A DNA stretch of 64,000 nucleotides from Bugula neritina (taxonomy: Eukaryota; Animalia; Bryozoa): positions 9,888,633 through 9,952,632 of the forward strand of contig OZ037769.1 in the NCBI GenBank assembly GCA_964035545.1. Direction: 5' to 3'. A program made the position numbers and the translations under genes. The notes beneath the pieces were generated by a model, which was not told the DNA's origin, ran no database searches, and worked only from the letters and a program-made list of their open reading frames with translations. Positions 62,581-64,000 of this stretch are shown piece by piece; position 1 is the first letter of the stretch; the number at the start of each line of letters is the position of its first letter.

Positions 62581-63460
62581 TGGTCTATGATATGCCTATT
62601 GCATGATTCTGTTAAAATTATTTACCGGTTGTTTTGGGAGTTCCTACAATATCTATGAATCCCTGTCGTTGTAGCACTATTGTATATTTTGTTGGGTCGG
62701 ATGCTTGTTGTAACTCTTGAAGGTGGCAGGTAGCTCAAACCAACTTTAGTGGATGTGCAATTCATCATTTGTCTCATAGCTTTGTTCTCTACTTGATATG
62801 GATCTCCTGTGTTTTAGGTATATATAAGTGAGTAATCATGACAATCAAGATTGTTTAACTAGAAATTAATGGTTTCTCCAGAATTTTATTTCTTTTAAGA
62901 TTTTAAGCTGATATTTGAGGTTGAACAATTTAGCTGTTAGAAAACTTGGAAAAATAACTTCAAGTTGATGTCTCATTGTTTAGTTAGTGGCTCAAACTAG
63001 TTGAAAATGAAGGATAACCAGCGTTTCAAAATATTTAGTTCTGAAAAGATACCTAATGTGAAATGAATTAAATCAAAAAGGATATTTAAGATAAAAACTA
63101 TTTATATATATCAAAGTCATTACACTATATCAAATAGAACTTTTTACCTCCGCCTTTAAAAGCAATTGCAATTACAATATACTTGTATAACCATTTTGGT
63201 GAATCAGAAATATTGATAGTAACAGAGCTGATCCTAAAAATCTAACAGCTCTTGGGTGAGCCAATGGTTAAAAATATATGGTTTTTCATGCGGCAGTGGT
63301 TTTCATATTATAGAAGAATCATTTTTCCAATTGGCAATATCTAGTTCACAAGCATGCAGTTGATGCACAAGTTGATAGTATTTGCAACATGCAAAGGAAA
63401 AAACTACTTACCAGTTTTAGACTTCGATGTTTCAGCTGGAGGTACAGCAGGAAGTTCCAT
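57591..63460 (-). CDS. Uncharacterised protein; predicted exons 63460-63412, 62806-62626, 61979-61930, 58408-57591 (365 aa; may extend further 5')
   Basis: Four AG/GT-bounded segments with compatible phases (1, 2, 1) splice into one stop-free frame: MELPAVPPAETSKSKT-GDPYQVENKAM...-RPLDKDGKSIEIGNLAK-ATSSDSEERK...MKNREV. No domain recognised. Confidence 0.65.
60755..61231. repeat. 15-bp minisatellite
   Basis: TACAGTTTAGTGTAG, about 31 copies. Confidence 0.95.
62204..62416 (+). mobile_element. tRNA-derived SINE (a diverged relative lies at ~41266-41410); 3' end approximate
   Basis: A-box-like TGGTCTAGGGG, B-box GGTTCGAACCC, then a non-tRNA body shared with the 41.3-kb copy. Confidence 0.7.
62503..62577. 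repeat. (TA)n microsatellite
   Basis: Read directly from the sequence. Confidence 0.95.
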
Positions 63461-64000
63461 CTATAAAGAACACCAGATGAGCTAAAGCTTCAATTATGAT
63501 TATTTACAATTTCATACTCTTATTATAGCACTTAAAATGTGTAACTATAATAATGAATTCATGCAAGTATATGAAAATCCAACCATATAATAGAAGTAGT
63601 ACTATAATAAGGTTGTTGGTGTCATGTAGCTAAAAGTCATGTTTTGGTATTATAGCTACAGTGTAGATGCTTTAAACATTATAGATTCAGAGCAGGTGGT
63701 ATTGGTGAGCACTATTCTGATTGTAAGCACTATAGCGCAATTTCCGCATAAAATATTTCTTAGTCTCACCATCTCACCATTTATATATTGTTTAGCATGG
63801 TTACATTCACCATACATAAACAATATGGCAAGTTTTCTAGCAAATATGGGCTTCCAGCAAGGTAAATAAAAAACTTGACTATAACCATCCATGGATAGTT
63901 CATAGCAACATTATGATAGTCTACTTATAAAATAACGTTCTTCATAGGAGTTCATTATATAACTAGAGATGAGAACAAATAAGCATTTACAGCCTACACT

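Noticed and set aside
63825-63866. Possible first exon of a plus-strand gene (MASFLANMGFQQ|GTAAAT)
   Set aside because: Too short and too close to the window edge to support.

Overview
AT-rich, intron-rich animal genomic DNA, probably an invertebrate (inferred, not proven). Bases 1-41,000 are a dense nest of transposable elements. These include four related Ty3/Gypsy LTR retrotransposon copies (A 1-3342, B 9768-17213, C 20147-24597, D ~31056-37140), a solo LTR, a 12.5-kb Mutator (MULE) element with B inside its transposase intron, two RTE-clade LINE insertions, several MITEs, and a short (TA)n-flanked insert with two oppositely oriented hammerhead-ribozyme motifs. Bases 41,562-57,124 hold a complete 19-exon AP-1/AP-2 beta-adaptin gene (947 aa by my exon assembly), followed tail-to-tail by an unrecognised 4-exon minus-strand gene. 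The main finding is an accessory gene in the env position of Gypsy copies A, B and C, encoding two zinc fingers and a C-terminal coiled coil. In all three copies it has the same architecture: a 25-nt ATG micro-exon, a 266-317-nt GT-AG intron and a phase-1 acceptor. It stays open in copies whose pol is deleted (A) or frameshifted (C), which resembles the spliced regulatory genes of complex retroviruses. All coordinates, translations and pairings were worked out by hand; no database searches were run.
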